Below are positions 37,380 through 50,942 of a stretch of DNA of 64,000 nt, piece after piece. Where the stretch lies: positions 42,098,001-42,162,000 of the forward strand of contig NC_087445.1 in NCBI RefSeq assembly GCF_036321535.1, in the 5' to 3' direction. Origin of the DNA: Camelus dromedarius (lineage: Eukaryota). Within the stretch, counting starts at the first letter, position 1. Every line of letters starts with the position of its first letter. The notes beneath the pieces are model-generated. The model was not told where the DNA came from. It worked only from the letters and a program-made list of their open reading frames with translations, and made no database searches. The position numbers and the translations under genes were made by a program.

Positions 37380-39960
37380 TTGGAGAGAAAATTTCAGAAA
37401 CTTTCAGGAAAAGACCTACTCACTTCATTCTGCCCCCTGAGACCCCAACAAAATGAAACAATAAAATTGAATGAAGAGACTGAGAAACAACTCCAACCAC
37501 AGATGTGGAAGAACAGCTGCCAAATTTGTACCACCTACACGGACTCCAAAAGGAAGCTGAATGTTATTAAACACCTTTCCATTTTTCAGTCAGGCTGAGA
37601 CAATCAAGTGATAACCTTGCACTCAGAACACGGAGCACTGGAGGTGCCCTGGGCCTTAGAGAGGAAGGACCAGCCAGCGGAGGCGAATTCCACAGCTCAT
37701 GGCCCTACAGAGAGCAGGACTGGCGAGAGCAACAGCTGCGTGATGCCTTGTTTATACTCCCCAAACCTGGACTCCTAACTCAGAGAACTGCCTGAAGAGG
37801 AGGCAGGCAGAGGAAAGCTCCTTACCACCTCACTTCTGGGAAATACCTAGGAATTTCAAATGTCTGAAGAAAATTTCCAGCATGAAAAACAGAAACCTAA
37901 GCAAAGAGGAAGAGAGGGAGAGAGAGAGAAGAAAAGGAAATCAGAAGACAGAGATCAATGCAGAAAACTGAAAATACTTTGAAAATGAAAAAAAAAAAAT
38001 CCTTGGAAAGAAGAACAACATTTTTCAACATCCTGAAACAAAAAAGGCTACTGAATTGAAAGGGAAACATGGAGAATAAAANNNNNNNNNNNNNNNNNNN
38101 NNNNNNNNNNNNNNNNNNNNNNNNNNNNNNNNNNNNNNNNNNNNNNNNNNNNNNNNNNNNNNNNNNNNNNNNNNNNNNNNNNNNNNNNNNNNNNNNNNNN
38201 NNNNNNNNNNNNNNNNNNNNNNNNNNNNNNNNNNNNNNNNNNNNNNNNNNNNNNNNNNNNNNNNNNNNNNNNNNNNNNNNNNNNNNNNNNNNNNNNNNNN
38301 NNNNNNNNNNNNNNNNNNNNNNNNNNNNNNNNNNNNNNNNNNNNNNNNNNNNNNNNNNNNNNNNNNNNNNNNNNNNNNNNNNNNNNNNNNNNNNNNNNNN
38401 NNNNNNNNNNNNNNNNNNNNNNNNNNNNNNNNNNNNNNNNNNNNNNNNNNNNNNNNNNNNNNNNNNNNNNNNNNNNNNNNNNNNNNNNNNNNNNNNNNNN
38501 NNNNNNNNNNNNNNNNNNNNNNNNNNNNNNNNNNNNNNNNNNNNNNNNNNNNNNNNNNNNNNNNNNNNNNNNNNNNNNNNNNNNNNNNNNNNNNNNNNNN
38601 NNNNNNNNNNNNNNNNNNNNNNNNNNNNNNNNNNNNNNNNNNNNNNNNNNNNNNNNAATACTAACAAACAAAAAAGGTGGCTTGGAAGATAACTCCAGGA
38701 AATTTGTCACGAAGTAAAAAGAAAGGGGAAATTGGAGAGAAAAGTTCTGGGGGGAAAAATCAAAGTCATCCTCCATTCAGCCAAAAGAAGTTATAGCAAG
38801 AGAAAACAGAGAATTTCCATCAAAAATCAAATCCAATTCTTATAATGAAATCTCTATGTAAAAGGGTCCCAGAAGAGCTGAAGGGTGAGGGGGTAGGAGA
38901 TCTACACCAAAACAGATCCTTCCTTAAATCTGAGAATATCTAGGATAAATAAAAGATTCTAGAACTTTCCAATGAAAACAGGCTGCATATAAAGAATAAG
39001 GAAGCAAAAGAGCCATGGATTTTTGAAAGGGAACACTGGAAGCATATTTTCAGAATCGTTTATATCTGAGAATTCTCTACCCAGTCTAAATAACAATCAA
39101 ATTTGAGGGTGGAATATGGACATTTTAAGATATGGATGGAATTCTAAAACTATATTTCTTGCACCCTTACTCAGAAAGCTACAGGAGGATGTGCTCTAGG
39201 AAAATAAGGAAATAAACCAAGAAAGAAGACAACATTGGATCCAGAAACTCCCAGGGAACTCAACACGGGAAAGAAGTTGTGAACTCCCAGGATGATGGTG
39301 AAACAAGGTCCCAGAAGAAGTGTGTTAAGATGCTACCAGTCCTGATTAGAAAAGGGAGACAAAGGAATCCAGAAGGGAGACCTCTAATTAAAAGAAAAAA
39401 AAGAATTGATGTATTATCTGATATGTTAACCATGTTTAGAAAGACTTCAAATATCTGTCGATGAATTAGAAAAAAATCAACTAGCAAGACACACACGCAC
39501 ACGCACAGGCAATTACTATCTCCAAAGGAAGCTGACCACAAAATGACTGAAATCACAATCTACTTCTCAGCTCACTGATGAGCATTTATAATGTTTATAT
39601 TGTCATACGGTGTAAACAATGAATTATAGAAAAATTGTTCTATACCTATGCTGAAAGGAGGGAAGAAGAAGAAATGGGGTAGGAGTGTTAAGACAGTATG
39701 ATTTTTATCCACCATAATAGAAGGAAAATATACTTAACAAATCAAGCAATGGTGGTATAAACCCACCATTCAGAGATGTGAAGAAAATAACAAAAATCAA
39801 GAGGTCAGAGCTGGGAGTCATGTTGCTGGTTACCAGGACTGTGGTGGGGGGCAGCTGAGAAGGTGCTACTTCAAAAATTACACATCTTTTAGTTATTCAG
39901 CCTTGTAAACCGTTATTGATTAAAAACACAAAGTAATTTTTAAACTTAAAAAAAAAAAGA
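37380..39960 (+). mobile_element. HAL1/L1ME-type ORF1-region remnant
   Basis: The HAL1-like phrase cttactcagaaagctacaggaggatgtgctc...taaaccaagaaagaagacaacattggatccagaaac sits in A-rich decayed coding-like sequence. A 575-N block interrupts it. Confidence 0.65.
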
Positions 39961-40799
39961 TGTACTGGTTCATGTGCAAAAAATTAAGTTCTGGGAAGAT
40001 GTAAACAAAACTGCTGGTAGTAGTCCTGAAAATCTGGAAATGGAGAATGTAGAGTAAGAAAATGAAGGAATTTTTATTCTCTTCTATAGCTTTTCATATA
40101 TTCAGAATTTTAAATGACAAACACGTATTCCCTTGGCTATTAAAATAATAAAAATTGGCTAATATAGTTTAGGAAATTAACAATACAATTATTTTATATT
40201 TAAAAAGTAATATAAAAATCAAAAGGCAAGACAGCCAAGGAAAAGACAAGCCCATTGCTGGATAAATGTCACACACAAAATCAGCACCTTTTAACTTCTA
40301 CTTTGCTCCTGCGTACTCCGTCAAGGAGAAGACTTCATACTGAAGAAGGCAAAGAGAAAATTAGTAAGAAGATACTAAGACTGGTTAGGGGATGACAAGA
40401 GAGCACCCTAATTGCTCTAAATGAGATCAGGTCTCTGGCTAGAGACATGACATTCTAACGCAATGCATCAATCTGTATTGATGCTCATTGATAAATGGTA
40501 ATTTAGGGATTATCACTTTGAGGAACACTAGTTTATACCATTAGCAAGACCAGCAGGGAACGGGTCCCAAGACCCTTAATTTTGATGAGGGACAGGGACT
40601 GAATGGGATGGTGTGTGGAAAGAGGGTTGCCACACGCTGTATTCAGAAAACCCTGGGTATCCTGAGGGCAGCATGAAGTCTCCACGCCCCCACCCAGAGC
40701 GTCTCCTAGACAACACAAGGGCAGTCAGGAGGAATCAGAGACCAAATGCCCTGACTCTACGAATGTGCCCAGAGCTGGCATTTCTTATGCAGGAGCTTG

Positions 40800-41170
40800 T
40801 TTCTCAAGCACCTGTTCTGTGCTGGGTGGTTCTCGCGTTACCACAATTAATTCACCAAACTCTGTGAGATGAAGTATTAGTTTTTCCCAGATGGAGAGAT
40901 CTGAGGCTCAATTCAGAATTTCCCTGGCTACCAAGTCCATGCTTTTTCCACTAAGCCACACTGGATGATATCAATTGGTGAAGAATTTTTAAAAAGGTAT
41001 TCTCATTCAAAAAAAGCAACATGTTTAAGATGTTGGTGAACACGCCCCATGTTTTAATTGAGCAGAACAACGTGGTAGAGAGATGCGTGTCAGGACACTT
41101 AGTTCTCAGACTGGTTCCCAAGGCCACTTTGTGGGAAGTCCTCTGACCTCTCTGGGCTCCAGTTTCCGGC
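40800..41170. mobile_element. Two MIR fragments in opposite orientation
   Basis: caagcacctgttctgtgctgg...cagatggagagatctgaggctc (-) and gacctctctgggctccagtttcc (+). Confidence 0.6.
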
Positions 41171-42707
41171 TCTAAAAGGCTTGTCCATATAACATTTTAA
41201 GATGCAACAAAAATCCAATGAAAGAAATAATAACAGGATAAATATTTTCAGCTATTTTTAGATGGACTACTTCAATGTTTACCTTTGTTTTTAAGTCTAC
41301 ATCTCACTGCACTTCAAACAGTACCTTTTTGTAAAGCTGTCATTTCAAGGTGCTGAAAATCTAAAACCAAGGCAATGACAGTAAATGACTGAGGCTTTCC
41401 TAAAATACCTTGGAAAGATCAAAGGATTCACTACCATTCTGGGAAAAGGAAATAGATGTACCTAGCACTCGCTCCTTCCTTGACACTCTCTATTAAATTT
41501 CAGGGACAAGCACAAAGCTTTGTAGAGCCCAATGCCTTTAAGTGGGCATTATGGTGAGTATGGGGCACAAACTGCCTCCCGTTAAACAACTGGGAAGGGT
41601 GACAAGAGTGGGTCAGTTTCAAAATCCCAGCTCAGGAGACTAAAGACTAAAATCCATGACTCTAGGGCTGTGACATCTTTGAAAGCACTAGGTAATAGAG
41701 AAAGTTAATTAACCCTTCTTGGCTGAGATTCCCAACCCTCCCTAGTTTTAGAGAGGAAATGCCAAGTGTTCTTATGAAAAAAGAATATGCAAATCAGTGA
41801 CATAGCATGCACGTGACAAATGTTTAATAAGTTCCCAAGTAAGTATGTATGAGACATGTTTACTAAGTGGTTACCAGCTCACCGGGCAGGGATCAGATGT
41901 CCCACGTGGTCCAGGCACCACCCCGAGCCAGTCCCCGGCACCATATCAGGACTGTTCCTGTTATTATCGTCAGAAGCCTCCAGTTTAAAACAGCTGAGCA
42001 CAGGGAGGGAGCGATCCCTCAGGACCAGCGGGATTCAGCTTTAAGAGGTCCGAGGGGAGGGTGTGTCTCTTGCTCAGACCCTGGCTCCTGACATTTCCAA
42101 AGTTCAGCTGTATCCAACACTTCTGGCTTCTCCGTGCTCCCAGTTCTCAGCCTCCGCGTTTGGGAAGGGCAGGGACCCTCACTCTCCACTCCGCCGCCAG
42201 GCTCTCCATACTATGCGTGGGTTTGACATTTCTTCTCTCTCCCTGGCTGCCTAAGTCGCCTTCCTGCTTGGAGCCCAGTTAGAACACGTGACTGGTGCTG
42301 GCTCCTCGTGGGGGGAAAGGCTTGAGCGCACAGGACCACTGAGCCAGTGCCAACCAGACCTTCACAAAAGAAGAGCTCTTGGATGTTCACCCTGATGTAT
42401 CCCTTGTGAGAACTCCCTTAACCAGGTAACAGAACATCTTCAAGGAAAACAGGCAGAAAGCTTTAAATATGTTAGCAGGTCCTCATCATTCCTTCTCTCG
42501 GGAATGTGTATGTATGGGAAGAAGTCCCTGATGAGCACGGAAGTACTTTAGAAACATTTATTTACACAAATGATAGGCCAAGTGCAGATCATTCTTCTCT
42601 GGTCACTAACACTGAGACTTACACAGATCTTCCAGGCCAACAGCTGCCGATGGAATTCCACGCACTGTGTACGCAGTTCAAAGAAATAAATTGACGCTTC
42701 TCTAAAA

Positions 42708-42965
42708 TAATGCTTTTCAAACTACTGATCACGACCCCAAAGTAAGAAATACACTTTACATAGCAATCCAGCAACACATGCATATAGACACACAAAACAA
42801 ACTAAGTTTCCCGAAACAGTTTTTTCCCTTATAATATGCAATGTCCTCTCTTCTACTCAATTACATTTTCTCTAGGCTATTCCAGCCACTTGCATTAAAA
42901 AAAAAAATGCTAACAAGACCAATTAAACTGATTTCATACCCAATAATGGGTCTTGATGTGCTAAA
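42708..42965. mobile_element. hAT-like MITE; same family as 57880-58150
   Basis: gcttttcaaact...gtaagaaatacactttacat...aagtttc...aaatgct...gacc...gatttca...ccca..aatgg is shared in outline with the 57880-58150 copy. Subfamily not named. Confidence 0.55.
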
Positions 42966-43659
42966 GAAAAATACTGTGGGTATTCTGTATTTCTTCACTA
43001 ATTTAGACTGTTGTCCCCTCAATCATATGACAATAGCAAATATTTTGCTAGATTGGGCTTAAAGTCTCCATAGCCAAAAACAGTTTTGGAATCCTGTGAC
43101 AGAAGTCCTGATGGGCAAAAGGTACCCGGTTAGTCATACCAAACGCACCTTTAAAAAAATACTATTTCCATTAAAAATTAGCTGCAAATGTTTTCCTTTT
43201 ATAAATGCCAAATTAATATTAAAGTAATCTTACAATTCCTTTCCATCAATGTGGAAAAATTTCTAAGGCATGGACAGCTTCAATTATACTGACCCTTGTA
43301 TTTGTTACAGGATAATTGAGAACAGATGTTTTAGACCCCAATCCTAAGTGTAAACTATGGAAAACAAGCAAGCAAGCAAAGAAACATGCCTCTACCCAAC
43401 AGTTTTAATCCCAAGGTAGTTTTACTTAATTAGCAACTGTAGATGGGGCCTTAATAAGAACATTTTAAATGTAAAGAGAGGTTTATGTGATAATAATAAT
43501 CCCATTAGTAATTATCAGGCTATCATCAGTTTGTAACTCAGAAAAAGAAATAATCAGTCAAGGTCACTTCCAAGATGGTACACAGAGCCTGACCCCCTGC
43601 CCTCTATTCTCTGGCCAAATGGAGAGGCTCAACCTTTCCTGGATAGGCCTGTGTGTTTT

Positions 43660-44010
43660 GGTTTACTGCCTTTATTTCCACCACTCTGACTGGAATACCC
43701 TTAATCCTTACCTCCCTCTTTTGAATACTGGCCTATTTCAAGTTTCAGAGTAAAACTTCCTCTTTCTTAATGCCTCCCCACTCATCACGCTGGAAAATTT
43801 CTCTGAAATCATACACAGTGTGTTAACATAACTTGTGGTATTAACCCCTCTTGACTTTTCATTACGTATTCATGTAAACATCATGTCAACCCTAATGGAC
43901 TGTGAACTTCTTGGAGGGTAAATGCTGGGTCTTTACTTATTTCTTATCTCTCCCAACACCCAAACATCACCTTGTCCTGGCAGGTGATGAAGAAATATTC
44001 GTTGAGGGAG
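43660..44010 (+). mobile_element. L2 3' end
   Basis: ggactgtgaacttcttggaggg...cctggcagg...gaaatattcgttgag. Confidence 0.75.
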
Positions 44011-45599
44011 CAGACATTTTGAACAAGGGTGAAAAATGGCATGTGTCTAACACAGTGGCAGTGATACCACTGATACGACTCATGAGTCTAATGAAGGGAG
44101 ATCCAGGACTGCTCTGCCTTTCCAAGTTTTTCCCTTTACAAATCTCCTTCTTTGTAGTCTAATCAGCACGCATCACGTAGCGTTGGTGGAATCCCACTTA
44201 GCAATTAGAGGTGATTAAGGGAGCTATTAGGCATCTGTTTTCAGTACTATTCCAGGCATGGGAATCAGTAATATCCTACCCTTTCCCCCAGTCCACTGTC
44301 TGCCTATTACCTTGAGTTTGGAAGAGTCTGTTCAGCTTTCTTTGTGGTCTTGCCTTGCTAAGATCTGCAGTGACTCCACATGTTCTGTGGAGGTATGGCT
44401 AAAAGAACAGAAGAAATGTTCTAGAGTGGGTTGAGTGGCTTCTCAGATCAAGTATGTGGCCTTGAAATCATCCTGTCCTGAGGACTAAATCTAGGTGAGC
44501 CTGGCAGGTAATCAGTAAAATGAACAAGCAGATGCTCTAATTTTCCCTTAAGCAACTTACGCGCACTTTGAGATAGATGAGTGTGTTTTGTAGAGCCCAG
44601 TAAAGGAAAGACATGAATAACTGTGCTTAGCCCACAAATAGGTAAAAACTTTATAAGGAGGGGTTGGTTGGTGGGCTGAGGGTGCGGGGTTTAGAGAGCT
44701 GTGACCTCACGCAAAGCAACGCCACCACCCTGTGGATACTGTGTGTCAGTCTGTATATGAGTCAATAGCTCTCCCTTCCCCTCAGCAATAAACAAGGAAG
44801 ACCTTTCACTTCCTGTAATTTCAACTTGGTGGCAGTTGCCAGGACAACTAGGAAATGAGGCAAGGAACAGAGAGATCTCAAAAAAAAAAAAAAAAAAATC
44901 CCACAACAACAATAAAAAAAACCAGGCCACCCAAGCGAAGTGGTTATATTAATTCCAACAGGAACTGTAGGCCGCTCTGCCAAGGGAAACGTAAAGCTGA
45001 AATTGACAAGGGGTGACCGTCCTGGTATACCATGGCGGCAGGTGCGGCGTGCCTGCATTCAGGCAGTGAGAGGCTTGTCAATGCTTCCCTTGGAAGCAGA
45101 CATCAAAATACCTGTCTCTAAGTCTTCTGCACCCAGTGGGAAGGAAAACCTCATTTTAAAAAAATCTGTAGTCACTTGTACATTAATCACTCTGGCGAGT
45201 ATTTCTGTTTGCAGCTGAACTGTCAAACAGACAATGAGACAAAATAAACATGGTATGCACAGGTCTCTGAGCAAAACTGCGCTAAAGGTTCCTCAGTAAA
45301 AAAGGCAGGAATGTTCAACAGTATTAAAAATACCTGAAAAACTTAAGTTGAAGAAAGGGTTCCAATGGTTCTTTGAAAGCCTTATCTAACAGTGACTTTT
45401 CTAAGACTATGGAGTGTCTTGGTCATGGATGGGTTACAGTAACCAGCAGTGGGGCAGGTAGAGTAGATACTCCTAAGTGTTCCCTAGTCAATGAACTGCC
45501 AGGCTGCGGAAAGTTGTGATTGGACTGATGTGACCAGTGCTTCACACGTCCACTCAAGCCTGAAGGAGCAAACAGGAAGGGAACACTGAGTGCATCCAG

Positions 45600-45720
45600 A
45601 CCCAACCTCCTCTGTTTACAGCGGATCCAACTGCGACCTGCAGAGGTTGAAGCACTTGCTCCAAAACCCACAAAGCATTTCTGGTGATGCTGAGACTAGA
45701 ATTCGGTTTTCTCACCCAAT
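45600..45720 (-). mobile_element. MIR
   Basis: ccaacctcctctgtttacag...cagaggttgaagcacttgctc core. Confidence 0.6.
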
Positions 45721-47779
45721 TCTAGTCTCTTTGTTTCCTTGTTTTGCTCTGTAGAACTTTTTTGTGTGGTTAAACCCTGGAACCCTGAGGGCTTGTGCAA
45801 ACTTGCTGTCTTTCTATAGAAGTTATTCTGCCTGTGATTTTTGTTTTACTTCCTCTGGGGTGATTTTAAATTGGGGGTAATTTCAAAATCAGTGTTCAAA
45901 CAGATGACAATTTAGTTGCATTCACTGTGGATTTCTTTTTTCTTTTTTCATAAATAGGTAGAGCAGGGGATTTAAGTCCAGGTTTGAAGTGACACTGCTC
46001 TGCTCAGACACATAGTGGAGCTACACATTCTTCAGTATGACCACTGGGCAGTGGTATATGCATTCATTTACACACCACACACGTGTGTGTGTATATGTAT
46101 TTTTTTTTAAGAAGTTTTGAAATAGCTGTGGAAGGCACATCTTAGCATTCATTTTGTTTTTACCAGAGTCTAACATGTTTCCTTGGCTTTAAGATGACAG
46201 ACGGTCAATCCTTTTATGAGATGGTCAGTCATGCTCACTTTGCCTGCGAATGGCTCTGCTTCCAGAATGACAAGGGATAAGGTCGAGTTTCTCTTTAATT
46301 AGAGAACAAATAAGCCTTCACAGACTAAAAGATGCCTGCAATCAAGTAGCCCCAAATTTACATTTAAATTTTATATACTTAAATATATATATTTACATTA
46401 CATATAAGTATAAAACTGGGGAGGATTTTTGGGACTGTGGTGACAGGACTGGAGGTGACAGAAAGGAAGTATAGCTTGATAATTTAAATGACATTCATGA
46501 TGTAGGCAAAACTACTTTTTTGCCTAGAGAGGTCTAGAATACCAATTTGGTGTGCATCTGCTGATCGTGTTTACTACTCTTTAGCATGCTTCCTAAAACC
46601 ATTACTGCATTATATGAATGACAGAAAAAGCAATGAACAGTCTCCCTTGAAAAACCAATATACCTGGATTAACAGAAATGTCCATGAGCCGATGGGATGT
46701 GCCGCAACGTTAAACCACTCTGTACAAACACTGAATACTGCAACGATTTCCTCATTTGAAATGATAAAAGCAGAATCTCCCAGACCTGTCCTGTCAGGAT
46801 GTTATCTATCAAATCCCTCTCCCTTCTTTGCGTATGGAGATCGACTTCACGATACCAAAGTCACGGAAAAAAATCTCCCGTGAAGGCAAAACCTCAGTCT
46901 TTCCCCTGTGAACCCTGATGAGTGGAGTACTGAGAAGTAACACTGGAGGAGTATGGGGAGGCCAAATTAAAAAGGAGTGTTCAAAATCTTAAGGTCTCTT
47001 TGCTAGCAAACTCCTGCCTGTTGTTAGGCTCAGCCCAGGTATACCTCCTCAAGACTGGGTCCCTCCAACCAGGGGTAGGTGCCTTCTGTTTATGTTTCCA
47101 GATCACCCACAGGTACTGGGGTGGAAACACTTTGCTGCTGTTCTGCACCATCACTGCCCATCTACCTGAGTGTCTGCTCCCCTGGGCTGGGAGCATCTGA
47201 AGGACGGGCAGCATCTCATAGGCTAGGGCATCCTAAGTATCTAGCACCGTTCCTGGAACGCTCTGTACATAGGTGATTTGTACGTATTATCTCACTTAAC
47301 ATTCAAAACAAGTTCCCAAATCGTAACAGCTATTTTATTTTAATGACCCCAGTTTAAAAAAAAAAAAAGGATTATTGAGCTGCAGAATTTCCTTGTTCTG
47401 ACATAATCCTCCTCCCAGGTGTGCATATCGTAACAGGACCTTGACAGCAGACACCACATGGTCCTGGGCAGTGGGCATGTTATGACCAGGTAAGTGCTGC
47501 TTTTTGCTATGCGAGTGTCCTGTATAGGATGTGGGGATCTGCGGGAGTCATTAACAAGAAAAATGGTTCCAAGGCCTGCCATGTTATGCCAAATTAGGAC
47601 GCTTACTTCAAGGCTACATTCCCAACCTGTATGAAACCATGTGGCATGGTTGTGGATTTCAGAAAACAAAAACTGCTGGCAGCCGCCTGACCAGGAGTCT
47701 GGTCTGCCCCTATGGCGGGGACCATCTGCTGTCCATCTGAATGAGTTCCTCCCTCCTTCTAAAATAACAGAACTGTAGC

Positions 47780-48185
47780 CAGAGGCATGACTTCCCAGCT
47801 AGACTCCATGTCTGAGCATCAAGAGAAGTGATTCCAGATCATATGACTAAATTCTTACAAACGGAACATGAACAAAGTGACAGGTGCCACTCTGGTCTGG
47901 GACTTAAACAGCACACATAATGTCACATGCTGTCCTCTCCTTTCCCCTGGCTAAACCCTGATGGGGCAGTGACCCAACTTCCACTGCCTACGTGATAACC
48001 ATGCCCCAGGGGACTTGGAGCAATGACCTGGTGGAACCTGGGCTCCTGAATGGCTACGAGGTGCTGACCTGCTGTGCTGAGCTGGATGGCTTTCTTCAAA
48101 CAGAAATGAATGGCTGTATTCTTTAAGCCACCATCTTTTCTCAGGACACTTTGTTATAGCAGCTGGGCTTTCCCCTGACTGATAC
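47780..48185 (+). mobile_element. MaLR solo LTR (MLT1H/I/J-like)
   Basis: ggaacctgggctcctgaatg...ttctttaagccacc...ctttgttatagcagc...ctgactgataca is a canonical MLT1 3' end. Confidence 0.75.
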
Positions 48186-49999
48186 ATTCTCTAAGGAAAA
48201 ACGAATTAGGAGGAGATGGTGGCCTCACTTCCCCTTCACATTTGTGAGCTTCCAGTTTCCTTACCTCTCAAATGAGAAGGGTAACTGAAATCCTTTTCTG
48301 GCTCCAAAATTCTCTGATACCTTCTTACCCTCCTTCCTGTCAGACCCAGCCAATCCCAGTCTAGTAAACACTCAGTTTCCTCAAGTTTGCTTTCACTGTG
48401 CCTTGTCAAAGTTTGCTCCATAGCTTTCATTTTTTATCTCTACTTGGAGCTTGTGTCACTTTCTGAGGATCAAAGCCTTGCATTAAAGGACTGAGCTCAT
48501 ATTTGAAAGTTCAGGTCCCAACTGGAATTGATGAGATTTTGGAGAGGCAAAGACTCTGTGAAATTATTCCAGTGCAATGGAAGCTTCAAGTTAAGCTCTG
48601 CTTATATTAAAACACAAACATGCTGAAAATTTGTAATAACTATCTTCTAACAGATCAGACTCTTTCCCAAGCACTACAAACTATACCTTATGTATTTATT
48701 TTTTTAAACCTGCAAAGGCACCATACCCAAGGGACCTATGACTACATAATGATTTCTCTCACTTCGGGTACTCCAATACTTACCCTTCACCAGACCTGCA
48801 AATAATCATCAACTTTCTATCAGGTTAAAAGTCTCTTCCCCACATTTCCACAATTACTCCTACACCACTAAGTCATTTTTCCCTCCTTTCTGCCTCCTCC
48901 CCAGCTCATAAATACTTTTTATTAGGAAGAGAACTGCTAATATGACTTTCACATTTGTATCTCCTAGAGCCCCAGAATCTGCTGTTACAGCTCAGGTCTC
49001 CAAGTCTTACCAGCACAGAAAATACTCACTACAGTATTCTCTACCACTACTACTGAGCCATCAGCGATCACCACAGAGCCCACATTACAGCCTGGCTATC
49101 TACTTGTATAAGGACCATATCAACCAAAAATGCATTTCCGGCTTCCATTAGCTCTGAGGGTCCGTGAGCTATGCCAATGTTCTCCAATTTCACTGCGTAC
49201 AAAGCTCCCACTGGCTTTATCAACTGGTTTTTCAACTTCCAAGAGTCCATTAACTAGCTTCAGGAACACCTGAAGACCTTTTTTAGTTTCTCCCAATCAA
49301 CATGTATCTTCCTACCAAATAAATACCATGTATGTGTGAACTGCTTTGAAATTTTCTAAGCCTGCTAAATCAATGTATGTCCCTAAAGGCTAAAAGCAGA
49401 ATTCTAAAAGATACAAATATCAACCATTCCAACTGTAATAGTTCCTGATTAAATACATAGTCTAAAAATATTATATAAATTTAAGTCAAGTCAAAGTTAG
49501 AAAGTTTACCAGAAGCCTCAAGTACAGAGGATTATTTCCCTCCAGCAGTGGGGAGCATCTCTGAATTATTTGTTTGCATTGCCACACAAGGACATTTGCC
49601 TTACATTTGCTTTTGGAATTTTATGTTGACCCATTTTCAAACAATCCTTTCCTTTAATACAAGTTGCACGTGTCTTTGACATGATTTTCCTTACAGTTAC
49701 TCAGCACAGGCGTCAACACGTAAGAGTTAAAGCAGCAACTAAATTAAAAGCCCTGGAACATTACAGATGTTCTAAAACACAATGTCAAGGAACACATTCA
49801 AGAAACATTTAATAAGGAAAAAGCAGATGTATATTTAGATGGCGTAAATGACACCTATGACATATCTATGTTTTAATGGTTACTAAATAGCAAAGTACAA
49901 ACTTCTAAACTAAATTAATTGCTAGATTTAAAAGTGAAAATTACATATAGAGGGTAAAAGAATTTCAACATTAAAAAATATACAAAGAAAAGTGGGAAT

Positions 50000-50500
50000 T
50001 CTTTCTGCACCAGATCCACATTACCTCCCATTTTTCCTGTATCATTTCAAAAAAATGTTATGTACATACAAATATATAATATGTATTCAGGTATATATAA
50101 CTTTTAGATAAATGGACATATACTATATGTACTGTCTGTGCTTTGCTTTGTTTCATTTAATTCTGTGCTTTTGAGACTATTCTATGTCAGCACATGTAAA
50201 TCTAGCTTACATGTTTGTTAAAGAGCTTGAATAATTTCTGAGCCAGTCATCTTGATGTTCAAATAGTTTTTCTCCTGTCTTTTCACCTCTGCACATAAGT
50301 TTTTGTACAAATGTGCACAAATAAGTAAAACTGCTGAGGCAAAGAATATGTGTATTTTAAATTTTGAAAGATATCCAAAATTGCTTTCAAAGGAGATGGC
50401 TGTATGTTTAACTTGAAAAAACAAATCATTTTGTTTTTGAAGACTAAAAACAGCCCATTAAAATAAATATACAGATAAAAGTAAATAAAATAACTCAACA
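50000..50500 (-). mobile_element. L1ME-type 3' UTR remnant
   Basis: aaatggacatatactatatgtactgtctgtg...ctattctatgtcagcacatgtaaatc...ccaaaattgctttcaaagg are antisense L1ME phrases. Confidence 0.6.
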
Positions 50501-50878
50501 GCGTATCCTTAGGAGAGGAACCAATCTGGATACGTACAAAGCCTCTAAAAGCATACTTTCGTGGAAGAATTCTGCAGACCCCTGTGAAAATGCATATTTC
50601 AGATTTTATAGATCAATGTTAGCAACTTAAACATGGCATTCAAAACACCATCATGCAAATTTTATCAAGATTTGTCTAAACCTAATGTCATTATGTGCAG
50701 AGCAAAAATCATTATTTTATGGCTTTCTAATATCTTTAAACATTTTTAAAAAATCATTTTTTTTTGCTTTTCAATGAATAATTAGAAAATACCAGGGTGT
50801 TAAATAAACAAGACAAATCCAAAATCTTCTACAATTGTTAAATTCATAACAAAAGTGAACTTCACTAGGTTATTTTTC

Positions 50879-50942
50879 AAAAAAAAAAAAAAAAAAAAAA
50901 AGAAAGAAGGAAAGAAAAAGAAAAAAGGAAAAAACAAAAAAA
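50879..50942. repeat. A23 plus A/G-rich purine tract
   Basis: Direct read. A second A23 lies at 51310-51332. Confidence 0.95.

Noticed and set aside
37897-38776. Three ORFs of 207-256 aa
   Set aside because: Artefacts of the 575-N block containing no stop codons. The same applies to the other X-rich ORFs.
40461-40490. Hairpin CAATGCATCAAT-ctgt-ATTGATGCTCATTG
   Set aside because: A 12-bp AT-rich stem with a bulge, too short for a pre-miRNA, and with no other support.
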